Shown here: piece after piece, positions 1-11,055 of the stretch | Layout: the number at the start of each line of letters is the position of its first letter | How positions within the stretch are numbered: position 1 is the stretch's first letter | Source: Isurus oxyrinchus | Lineage: Eukaryota | Direction of reading: 5' to 3' | Length of the DNA stretch: 64,000 nt | Assembly (NCBI GenBank): GCA_026770705.1 | Contig: JANJGN010000071.1 | Coordinates: 558,001 to 622,000 of the forward strand | The notes under the pieces: generated by a model | Databases searched by the model: none | The model's input: only the letters and a program-made list of their open reading frames with translations | Told to the model about the DNA's origin: nothing | Translations under genes and position numbers: made by a program

Positions 1-320
1 AGACAAAGAGAAGCTGTTGCCATTAGCTGATGGGACAAGGACTGGGGGACACAGATTGAAGGTTTTGGGCAGAGGGGGGATGTGAGAAGGAACTTTTTTA
101 CACAGCGAGTGGTAATGAGCTGGAACTCGCTGCCTACGAGGATGGTGGAAGTGGAGACAATGAACGATTTCAAACAGAAATTGGACGGACACTTGGAAAT
201 AAACTCACAGGGATACGGAGATAGAGCGGGGGAATGGGACTGACTGGATTGCTCTACAGAAAGACAGCATGGTCTCAATGGGCCAAATGTCCTCCTCCAT
301 TGCTGCAATAACTCGATGAT
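1..320 (+). mobile_element. CR1-clade LINE 3' fragment (ORF2 C-terminus and tail)
   Basis: Encodes DKEKLLPLADGTRTGGHRLKV-type CR1 C-terminus; inverted copy of about 57100-57412. Confidence 0.8.
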
Positions 321-426
321 ACGGAGATGATTCTAACCAGGATTCTGACCAGTTTCATTACAACTTAACCCAACATCACACGTTATTTGTCCGCACTGAC
401 TGACCAGATTGTTGCTGTACAAAGCT

Positions 427-566
427 TCAAACAGTCTGTCGACTTCCTTTCACTGTTTGTCTCTCCCAGACACAGACTCCAGCGATAGTGATAACCACAG
501 CCACAAGGAATATCACAGCTCGTATTCCCAGGATCAGGATCACATGCAGAATCTCTCCTCCACTGT
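427..566 (-). CDS. Siglec-like copy A: transmembrane and short cytoplasmic exon with intramembrane Arg
   Basis: Pyrimidine-rich ctctag acceptor, phase 1; reads xSGGEILHVILILGIRAVIFLVAVVITIAGVCVWERQTVKGSRQTV*; Arg codon 520-522; near-identical to 56939-57078. Confidence 0.85.
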
Positions 567-1684
567 CTAGAGAGCACACAGAAAGAAATCATCACTGACC
601 CTCTGCTTTCAATCTCTCACTCTGGCTGAACAATCAAGCTTCATATCACTGCAACATTTGCTGTAATATTGACCCATCCACTGGGATTCAATGTGGAATG
701 AATGTTTTCATTGTAAACACTCGAAGAGTGGACAATCGGAACTTTCCCCTTAGCGTGGAACATTGGTGAGAATGGATCATTGTGCTGTTGGACTCCCTGT
801 CCAATGTTTCTCTCCATCGCTGTGTACAGGATTGTGCTGTAGAAAATTCTGGAAACGTTTAGTGCAGGGTGGAAATCCATCTCGGACGTGTGTGCGAATC
901 GGGCAGGATCGAGATGGACTCCCCCACGGACTTACAACCCCCGCTTAATAAACAGTTCCAATCTTTACCCAGAGAGAGAGGAGAATGTGGAACTCGCTCC
1001 CACAGGGAGTGGTCGAGGTGAATAGTAGCAAATTAGGATGGGAAATTGCTTGAAAAGCTAGGAGATGCAAGGGTTAAGTGCTACCGTGCCACCACTGGTG
1101 GGAGAGTGTAACTACAGCGTGACGTTTACATAGGCAATCCCCATTATGAACTTGGACATTGGACATCATGTGCAAAATGGGCTCTGGAAAGGTGAGAACA
1201 TGATGTAAGCTTTTCACCAACAGAAATTCCTTCGTAAACCTCTCCATCTCTCTCTTACTGTCAGATACTCAAACAACATTTCACACAGAATTACATAAGG
1301 AGGAGTTGGGACAGGTGACTGGTCAAAGGGTTAGATTTCAGGAAGCTTTTTAAAGGAGGATAGAGAGTTAGAGAGGCAGAGAGTATCTGTGAGAATCTCT
1401 GTGCATCTGGGTGTCTAATAGACTTTGCAATTTCCGCATTCTTCCATAAACTTGAAAGGGAATACAACTCCCAGAATCCATGTCAACTCTCCGGTGCAGC
1501 ACTGAGGGAGGTCAGGTAACCCACGGGGGAGAATGTGTTAGTGTGTTTGTTTGTGAGTGTGTCCTTTTGTGTGCTCATACATGTGGGATTGTGTGTCTGC
1601 ACGTGTCTATTTAGGTTTGTATAATTGTCTGTGTTTGTGTAGTGTTTGAATCTGAGAGAGCTGTTGAAGTCTGTGTACACTCAC

Positions 1685-1835
1685 GTTCCACAGTGATGGT
1701 TATGAACCCCTCCACTGCTCCATGTTCATTCTCTGCCACACACTGATAGTCTCCAGTGTCCCTGGATGTAACGTGAGGAATCACCAACCACAGCTCATTG
1801 TTGGAACTTGTTCTGTTCATTGTGATATTCAGATG
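1685..1835 (-). pseudogene. Siglec-like copy A: 3' half of a third Ig (C2/I-set) exon
   Basis: HLNITMNRTSSNNELWLVIPHVTSRDTGDYQCVAENEHGAVEGFITITVE with DxGxYxC motif and gtgagt donor; in-frame TGA immediately upstream, no B-strand Cys or acceptor. Confidence 0.8.
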
Positions 1836-2160
1836 TCAGGGCAGGACTCAACATGACAGATCACAGGTTTACCAACAGGAAGTGAACAACAATTTATATT
1901 TAATGGGAAGAGAGTGCTGATTGATTGGCAAGTGGTCTCTGATTGGAGGCGGTGTTGCCATGGAAAATAATGTGTGCGAGCTGTAAAGTTTAGGCAGATT
2001 GTCTCTTCATTCAGCAATAATCAAATAAAGATCAGTTAACTTCTATCGACTGTGAAGCACTTTGAGAGGTCTGAGAATGTAGATACTGAGAACGGGCTGC
2101 ACTGTCAGAGGGTCAGCGCTGAGGGAGTGCTGATGTAGAATGAAAGGTGTCGGTACTTAC

Positions 2161-2457
2161 CTTACACAGTTAGTATGAGGGTCCGCTCCGATGAAACAGA
2201 TGGATATCTCACTCTGCAGCTGAGAGTGTGTCCGTGGTGTTGGAGTGATGGGATCAGGGTCAGAACAGAAGTATAGGTCAGAGTGACACCATGCTGAGTT
2301 ACAGTGTTTGAGACTGATCCAGGTACATCAGTGGCAGTGTCCCAGGTTAAGACAGGTGCTGCTGTTCCATTGCACGTTGTGTTGAAGGTGCAGCTTACAT
2401 CCATACGCTTTCCTGCAATAATTTCAGCAGGGAATATCATGGGTTTATCTGTGAAAT
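2161..2457 (-). CDS. Siglec-like copy A: C2-set domain-2 exon, last codon mutated to TAA
   Basis: 297-nt phase 1-1 exon, DFTDKPMIFP...SCTFNTTC...LTW...LSCRV...LTV*; three Cys as in Siglec domain 2; CAA in copies B and C is TAA here (2162-2164). Confidence 0.85.
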
Positions 2458-2744
2458 CTAACAGACAGAGAATGGATCCTTTTGGAGAAATATAACGTGA
2501 AACATCAGTTCAAATAGAAACCACAGTCCCACAAGAGAAAGCACTTTTACAAGGATGATATCAGAACTGAGAGATTACAACGATCAGGAGAGAATTTCCT
2601 ATTTTCAGACTTAGTGGATTTTCTGTCTCTCAGATGAATTCACTTCCAATTTGAGACAATTGAACTGACAATCCCAGGTGAGGGTGGGGGAGCAGCTCAC
2701 AGTTCCTGACACACTGGCTTGTTACTTTCTCTGAAATCTGCCAG

Positions 2745-2992
2745 ATTTAAATTCTATCCTGTTCCCAGCAGGAGAGAATCCATTTGAACCAATCACTGAA
2801 CCGGCATCTAAAACAGATGATCAGGTTATTGATCACATTGCTGTTTCTGGGAGCTTCCTGTGAATAAATTGGCTGCTGTGTGTCCCATATTACAACAAGG
2901 GCAACATTTCAAGAATTATTTCATTGGTTGTGAAACCATTTGCAACGTACAGAGGTGTTGAAAGGCGCTATAGAAATGCGAATCTTTCTTTT
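2745..2992 (+). mobile_element. SINE 3' fragment
   Basis: Ends in gaaaggcgctatagaaatgc-type tail that recurs at 39945-39965, 60917-60940 and in reverse at about 12700-12720. Confidence 0.55.
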
Positions 2993-3270
2993 GTCGATAT
3001 GGAAAACTGTCAAACAGGGTTAGGGAGATCGATGGGAGTGGATAACCTGATAACATTGATGGACACAGTCAATACTTTTAATCATTGATATTAAAATGAG
3101 TATTAGAGGTTGCTTTAGGACTGAACTGGAAGCTATCACCAGGTTATTGAGAATCAGACAGTGTGCTATAATAAGCTGTGTTTTGTGTTAATATGTAAAC
3201 GTCACAGTTTGCGTTATTTCCCATTGAGTGTTGAATGTGAATTGTTGAGTAATTATAACACAGCACTTAC

Positions 3271-3639
3271 CAGAAACGTGAAGCTGGGTTACAGGGTAAT
3301 AGTTATGGCTCGGACCATTGTCAAATTCTATCCTGAAAAAATAAGGTCCTGCATCTTCCCGTCTGATGTTGTTTATAATCAGGGAACAGTCGCCATCTTT
3401 CAGGTTTCCAGACAGCCAGGTCCGATGGTGGAACCGTGGTAACTCGTGACTGTGATCCTTGGAGTGAAAGGCAATGGGAGCCCAGGGAATCTGTTTCTCA
3501 TTATTAAACCAGAGTCCACCTCGCGGTTGGTTTTCCAGACACGATGGATAACTGTAATGACAAGGAATCTGTACACACGAACCTTCCTGCGCTGTCACCT
3601 CTCGTGGAGTGTCACCGTTCCACTCTTGTGAGGGTTCAA
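3271..3639 (-). CDS. Siglec-like copy A: second V-set exon (Arg retained)
   Basis: 369-nt phase 1-1 exon; Siglec hallmarks SCVQIPC, GDCSL, no F-strand Cys, YFFRIE; begins VEPS rather than VGLS and has an extra Cys (PSCLEN). Confidence 0.9.
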
Positions 3640-3694
3640 CTGGGGAGAGAAATCTCAATATTTAACTCTGGATGGTTTGTGGATCCACTAGACT

Positions 3695-4525
3695 CAAATT
3701 TACAGATGAGGCTGAATTGGGGGGATGGTCAATACTGAGGAGGACTACAACAAATTATTTTGGCAGGAAGAATAGAAAAACAGGATATTATTTAAATGGA
3801 GAGAGGCTGCTGAATGCAGTACAGAGGGATCTGGGTGTCCTTGTACATGAATCACAGAAAGTCAGCATTCAGGAACACCACGGAATGAGGAAGGCAAGTG
3901 GAACGTTGGCCTTTATTGCAAAGGGATGGAGTATAAAAGGAGGGAAGTCTTGCAACAGCTGCACAGGGTGAGATTATATCAGGAGCAGTGTGTACAGTTC
4001 TGGTCTCCTTACTTAGGGAGGGATAGACTCTGCATTGAAGGCAGTTCAGAGGAGGTTCACTGGGCTGATTCCTGGGATTAAAGGGTTTGTCCTGTGAGGA
4101 AATGTTGAGCAGGTTGGGCCTGTATCCATTGGAGTTTAGAAGAATGAGGGGTGACCTTATAGAAACATATCCGATTCCGAGGGGGCTTGACAGGGTGGAT
4201 GCTGGGAGGATGTTTCCCCCTCGTGGGGGAATCTAGAACCAGGGAGCACAGTTTCGGAATGAGGACTCTCCCATTTAAGACTGAGATGAGGAGGAATTTC
4301 CTCTCTCAGAGGGGCGCTAGCCTGTGGAATTCTCTTCCCCAGACAGCAGTGGAGGCTGGGCCATTGAATAGACTCAAGGCTGAGTGAGGCAGGTTTTTGA
4401 TCGACAAGGGAGTCAAGGGTTTGGGGAACAGGCAGGAAAATGGAGTTAAGGCCACAACCAGATCAGTAGAGCAGGCTGGAGGGGCCGAATGGCCTGCTCC
4501 TGTCCCTATTTCTTATGTTCCTACA
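3695..4525 (+). mobile_element. CR1-clade LINE 3' fragment, degenerate
   Basis: Frame-broken QRDLGVLVH...PLVGESRTR motifs and ggccgaatggcct tail, similar to 45600-46360. Confidence 0.85.
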
Positions 4526-4599
4526 TTCTTACCTTCTTAAAATATTAAAGCTGCAGAATAAACATGCAAGTGACTGACCCGCTCGACCCACCTTCCATC

Positions 4600-5522
4600 A
4601 GGGGCTGGAGGAGGTTACACAGATAGGGAGGTTTGTGGGGGCTGGAGGAGGTAACAGAGATAGGGAGGGCTGTAGATACTGGAGGAGGTTACGCAGATAG
4701 GGAGGGTGGTAGGACCTGGAGGAGGTTGCAGAGATAGGGAGGGCTATAGGGATTTGAGGAGTTTATGGAGATGGGGAGCGTGTAGGGACTGGAGGAGGCT
4801 GCAAGGGCAGAGAAGGTTTTAGGGGCAGGAGGAGTTTACAGGGATAGGAAGAGTTGTAGGGGCTGGACGGATTGCAGAGGTAGGGAGGGTTGGAAAGGCT
4901 GGTGGAGGTTCCAGAGGTAGGGAAGGTTGCAGGGACTGGAGGAGTTTACAGAGATGGGGGAGTTTTTGGGGCAGGATGGGGTTACAGAAATAGGGAGGTT
5001 TGTAGGGGCAGGACGAGGTTAGATAGATATGGAGTGTGGCTGGGGCTGAGGGAGGCTACAGAGATAGGGAGGGTTATAATGGCTGGAGGAGGTTACAGAG
5101 ATAAAGGAAACTCTTAGGGACTGGAGGAGGTTACAGAGATAGGGAGGGTTGTAGTGGGCTGGAGGAGGTTACAGAAATATAATGGGTTGTAAGAGATGGA
5201 CCAGCTTACAGAGATAGGGAGAGGTATTCGGTCTGGAGGAGGTTGCAGAGATAGGGGAGGTTGTTAGGACTGGAGGAGGCTACAAATATCGCGAGGGTTA
5301 TCGGGGCTTGAGGAGGTTAAAGAGATAGGGAGGGGTGTTGGGTCCAGAGGAGTTTGCAGTGATAGGAATGGTTTTTGGGATTGGAAGAGGGTACTGAGAT
5401 AGGAGGGTTGTAGGGACTGGAGGAGTCTCCTGAGATAGGGAGGGTTGTAGGGACTGGAGGAGGCTCCTGAGATAGGGAGGGTTGTAGGGACTGGAGGAGG
5501 CTCCTGAGATAGGGAATGTTGC
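4600..5522. repeat. G-rich minisatellite, unit about 37 bp
   Basis: Repeats of gagatagggagggttgtagggactggaggaggttaca; abuts the L2 fragment. Confidence 0.85.
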
Positions 5523-5524
5523 CG

Positions 5525-6535
5525 TGGATGAAAATAAAGGAGGAGATTACTGTAATAGGGAGGAACAATATTCAAAAATTTGGACATTGAGACTTTGCTT
5601 GACCAGGAGCCAGTCTCGGTCATCGAGCAGAGCGGATGATAAGGGAACGGGACTAGGTGTGAGTAAGGACGTGGTCAGCAGTTTTGGATGGCCTCAAGTT
5701 TATGGAGTGTAGAGCGTGTGTTGGAACAGTCGAGTCTGGAGGTAATGAAGGCGTGGATGACGGTTTCAGCAGCAGATGAGCTGAGACAGGGTGATGTCAT
5801 GCGATGTTACGGAGGTGGAAATAGACGGTGTTAGTGAGGGCGCAAAATGGAGGCCGGAAGCTCATCTCAGGATCAAATGGGACAACAAAGCTGTGAACAG
5901 ATTGGCTTCAATCTCAGAGAGCTGCCAGGGAGAGGAATGGAGTTGGTAGCGAGGGAACAGAGTTTGGAGTGGGGAATGAAGACAATGGCTTCAGTCTTTC
6001 CAATATTTAATTGGAGGGAATTTCTGCCCATCCAGTACTGGATGTCGGATAAGCAGCCTGATAATTTAGCAGCAGTGGAGGAGTCGAGAGAGGTGGTGGT
6101 GAGGTAGAGCTGGGGATCCTCAGTGGACAGGTGAAAACTAACACTGTTCAGATGATGCTGCAAAGCCATTGCAAGTGATTCTCTGGCTACGATGAGATGG
6201 ATAAGAATGGAGCCAGGGGAGAGCAGTCCCACCCAGCTGGACGACAGTGGAGAGGTGTTGGAGGAGGATGGTGTGGTCGAGCGTGTCAAAGGCTGCAGAC
6301 AGATCGAGAAGGACGAGGAGGGAAAGTTGACCTTTGTCACAGTCACACAGGATGCCATTTGTGACCTTGATAAGAGCTGTTTCAGCACAGTGGCTGGGGT
6401 GGGAACCTGATTGGAGGGATTCAAACATGGAGTTCCGGGAAAGATGGGAACGGATTCGGGAGATGGAAACACGTTCAAGGACTTTGGAGGGGAAAGAGAG
6501 GCTGGAGATGGGACGGGAGATTACACAGGCAGTGT
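5525..6535 (-). mobile_element. L2-clade LINE reverse transcriptase fragment
   Basis: ETALIKVTNGIL, LLVLLDLSAAFDTLDHTILLQHL and LQLNIGKTEAIVF motifs split by frameshift and deletion. Confidence 0.85.
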
Positions 6536-6792
6536 GAGGGGTGGAAGGTGTAGTGAGGAGGAGATACTTCACTCAGGTGGGAGGTGTCATCACCCCTCAG
6601 CTCGGTTTACGTTACAGCTATGATGTGGATTCAATCAGACACAATAAGCTCATGGATCTGGGAGCAGAAATAGACAAATCATTAAAAATAGTGACGCTGG
6701 TTAACACGGCCAAAAAACAAGCAAATCAAACACTATTATTTCCCATTGAGTGTTGGATGTGAATTGTTGAGTAATTATAACACAGCACTTAC

Positions 6793-7170
6793 CAGAAACG
6801 TGAAGCTGGGTTTCAGGGTAATAGTTATGGCTCGGACGATTGCCAAATTTTATCGTGAAAAAATAAGGTCCTGCATCTTCCCATCTGATGTTGTTTATAA
6901 TCAGGGAACAGTCGCCATCTTTCAGGTCTCCAGACAGCCGGGTCCGATGGTGGAACTGTGATAACTCGCGACTGTGACCCTTGGAGTGAAAGGCTATAGA
7001 CCATTTAGACCATTTGTTCCGTATGTATCTTCTCATTTTCCAGATTCCGACCTGTGGTTTCTTTACCAAATCTGATGGATAACTGTAATGACATGGAATC
7101 TGTACACACGAACCTTCCTGCGCTGTCACCTCTCGTGGAGTGTCACCTTTCCACTCTTGTGACAATCCAA
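6793..7170 (-). CDS. Siglec-like copy A: first V-set exon lacking the essential Arg
   Basis: 378-nt phase 1-1 open exon; YFFTIK in place of YFFRIE (AGG to ACG at 6854-6856); divergent C-C' region. Confidence 0.9.
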
Positions 7171-7794
7171 CTGGGGAGAGAAATATCAATATTTAATCTG
7201 GATGTTTTGTTGATCCACTAGACTCGATATCCACCTCCTCCATCACTCGGGCACAGTGGCTGCAGTGTGGACCATCTATAGGACACACAATGAACCCCAC
7301 AAGGTTTCACACCGGATGGAAGAGAATCCTGGACACAAAAGAGGAAAAGTTCATTCTACATTGGTTCATGGTCCTCAGGACCCTGTTTGTGCAGAAGCCT
7401 GCTCTCCAACAGAACTGAAGTTGGGGACAATGCATTTGGAATTCCACTGTCCGGGGCATTGGGTTAACTTGCTGATTTTGTTTTAAATCTAACATCTATT
7501 TTTGGTCTGTTGCCTTAAAGGGACTGTAACTGGGAGTCAGGTTAATTAGGAATTTTAGGAGTTATGATAGCAGTCTTGTAGTTACGTATGTGCTTGAAAT
7601 CCTTTATTTTGATGACAAATATGTTAATTTATTGTTTTAAATCTCTGAAGGTATTGGTGGAGTTAGTGCTTCTGAATTAAGTGCACACATCTCATAATAA
7701 ATACAAATTGCAAAATCATTATGATAGTGTGACCAGGTTTCTCTCAGGGACTTGGTCTGCCTGGCACACATCACCTGCCAAGTGATAACACTGT

Positions 7795-9086
7795 TGTAAT
7801 ATGCCTTTCAGGGATAGCAGCATGACATCACTCGAGGGGAAGTTTGTCATGTGATTTTTAGGAACTGGTGCTCGCTTAAGTAAGTTCGATGTGTATTTGT
7901 GTGCGTTAGGCATAAGGTCTATCTTTAAGTTCAAGTTTAGTTTGTATTTCTGTATTTGGGTGTTGAGAAAAGGGGGAACTTGAGTTAAAAAGAAGCCAGC
8001 ATTCCATTGAGGTTTTATGACTGTTGAAGGGAAGTCAAAACAAATACAAGGTGTAAGAAACTGTGCTGTTGCCTAGCAACAATGATGCAGAGGGAAAGAC
8101 CCACAGAGACAGAGAAAAACAGAAAAGTACTTTCAGTTCTGTTGAAAGGAGTTGCCAGGAGAAGCAGCAAAGGAGCGGGACAGATAGTCAGTCCCAAAGT
8201 AAAGATGAAGCCAAAACTATCGAGTTTGACAGGAGAAAGGGCCCAAGAAAACCTTCTAGTCAAATCTGGAAAAGGCCCTGTTAAGTGAAGTTAAGAATGA
8301 GGAGCAGAAGAAGGCTTCAAGCATAAAGGGAGAAAGCAGCAGGACACAGACCTAAAGCAAAATAGGCTTGTGAGAAGCCAGAAGATCCTAGGAGACACCA
8401 CAGGTTGGTGACTCATTACTACGGCCATGTGAAGCCATGGTGTTCCATTGACACGGCTGAGCATTGGAGAGACAGGGCGTGGAAGGAAGGCTGAATGCAC
8501 GTGGCGATCCAGGGGGCAGGAACATGGGAAGGAGAGTTTGAAATAGTGAAAGTGGACCCTTGTGGAAGGTGTCTGAGTGAAAGTGTCATGTTGGAGAAGA
8601 TTCCAAAGTGAGTTTTTGGAGAGTGGAGATTGGAAACTCTCATATGAAAGAAGCTTTTCAGTGAGACTGGTTGGCTCACAGTGCAACAAGCGTCTGGGGA
8701 CAGATGAGACATAGAATTTGTTTCAAGTGGGCTCTGCCACTTGCTTTCAGAATGTGGTGTCCCTGACCACAGGTCGTCTATTGGTTTACATCGAATGTGT
8801 ACTTAGTGTGAACATGAGAGTATAAGATAGTTATCGTAACTTGTGTTCTACTTATGAATCTGCAAAGGTATAGATCTGGGTGAATGAGTAATGTCATATA
8901 GTTTGTCTTTCCTAGTTTAATAAATGTTTTATTCTTTTGTTAGAAGTTCATCAGATGACTCCTGTGACTCTGTTCAGTAGCCGCACTCCACATTCCTAAA
9001 TAAAAAATAAAAGTTAGGACCTATCAAGCTGAGTTCCACCCTGGGATCTGACTTGCCCAGTAGTAACATCAGCTGGGATGGTAACA
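7795..9086 (+). mobile_element. Possible solo LTR
   Basis: Non-coding block starting TGTAA and ending GTAACA with AATAAA signals near its end; no target-site duplication seen. Confidence 0.35.
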
Positions 9087-9889
9087 CCATCCAGTCCAAG
9101 TCTCACTTTGGCCTGTGAGCAGAACACAGCTCACACAGTTTGGCTGCAGGTGTCTCCCAGCTTTCTATCCTTGTATATCTGTTCTCATGTCCCTATTCCA
9201 AATAAATGAACCCACAATGTATTTACCCAATTCCGTATCAGTGGCTGGTGCCTTTATATCATTATAAAAACACAACATGGTGATCAGCGGTGGCCAACCA
9301 TTCTGGCAGCAAGATTCAGTACAGGTATGACGCGGTGAACAGCCTTAGATCGAGCTACATGACATGAGACGATCCTCGATGCTTTGGTCAGACCACAACA
9401 GAGACACAGCATCAGAGAGGGTTGAAATCGCAGTGTACTGACTGCTCAGGAAACCTTTGAAGACACAGTGACGGGAAAGAGCTCAAGTAAAGAGCTGGGG
9501 AGCAGACGGATCCCTCGTGGTGAGATTACAGCACACAACCTGTAGGTCAGTGAGTGGGACAGTGTGTATCGCCAGGACCAGCAGCGGGTTAGCTCAGTCA
9601 GGGAAGGCGAGTGACCAGGGTGTGGGCTGGATCGATAGTGAGCGAGGGAGAGTCAAACACATAAAAACCATTATAAAAATCAGGCCAGAGAAGTTAGTGA
9701 TTATAACGGGCGGCTTTGAGATTGATGAACAGCAAATTGAATAAAAAACAAAGACTCCATTACTCCGTGGTGTGTTCCTGCCACAACCCGTCTCCGTGGG
9801 CGGAGCTTCGGAAAAGCACACGAAAGGGGCTAAAGCGACACTCATCCCAGGTCCTGTAGGAGAAGGAAGGTCAAAGGAATATTGTCAGA

Positions 9890-11055
9890 ATGTCCACGAA
9901 ATTCCCCAGTTTGAACTGGGATGTAGCTGACCGACTATCTGAATTCAGAATGTTTAAACAGCGTACAGAGCTCTGGTTTCCTGATTCAGGTGTGACTGAA
10001 CCAGACGAACAAGCCATAAAAATTCACCTCGCGATTGGGAATGAAGGTCTACACAGGCTGAACACATCAGGATTAACAGCAGAAGAGCAAAAGGATCCCC
10101 AATAGATATGGACGATATTGGAAGACAGGTTCAGAATCAGGTGAAACTCCATATTCATCAACTAGAGTTTATGTCATTTCATCAGCCTACACAATCCATA
10201 GACCACTTCATCAGCCGATGTAGAGAAAAGGGTACGCACTGTGATTTCAAACACAGAGTCTGCAGACAGAGTTGTTGAGCTGGTGATCACATCCACTCCC
10301 ATGGAAGCCTTCCAGAAAGATCTGCTAGATAAGACCAAAACCTATAGCATTGAAGAGTTACTCTAGGATGTACATAAATACGAAGTGATCCTCGCAGGTC
10401 AACGAAGCTTACAGGTCCTCAGTACAACATCAATTGTTGACACACTCACTAGAACATCCAAACCTAGTGAGACGTGTGGAAGGTGTGGCCTTCTGCAGGC
10501 ACCAAGGAAATGCCCAGCTTTCCACCAATCCTGCAAGGCTTGTGGCAGAAAGGGCCATTGACAGAGGCAGGGCACTAGAGCAAAGGCTGATGCAGCTACA
10601 AAGAGCCGTGCGCTGATCCAAACAAACCCTGCACAACGGGGTAACTTCAAGCAATAAGAATGACCATCCGCTATCCCATCAGGAACATATACATGTGGTG
10701 ACTGACAAACCAGGAAATGGCGATGATGTACACGACGAGACTAGGAGCGGTGATCGATATTCCACCTCTCACACATATCCTGACGTGGCTTGCCAATAAA
10801 TTGTGGATTGTGGTCTTTATTGATCTCTCTGGGCACATCAAATAAACTGAAAATGTTCCCATAGGGGTGGGATTTTCTGGCCCCACCCACTTCCAAGATT
10901 GTCCGGTCCGGCTGAAAGCCAATGGATTTATGTCTGTCCCAGTCTCAGAAACTATCCCATAAACTCAGTTCATGACATAACATTGAAATATGCAGAAAGA
11001 TTCAACAATATTGGCAGTTTCAAGGGAGCTGCAACATTACACCTGCAGGAGAATG
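9890..11055 (+). mobile_element. Degenerate Gypsy-like retrotransposon gag plus short pol remnant
   Basis: MSTKFPSLNWD...FKQRTELWF gag-like start, stops, zinc-knuckle remnants CGRCG...CKACGRKGH near 10475-10560. Confidence 0.65.

Noticed and set aside
876-918. TCCATCTCG...CGAGATGGA inverted repeat as a structured RNA
   Set aside because: Only a 9-bp stem, and its second copy near 56588-56630 is explained by the segmental duplication
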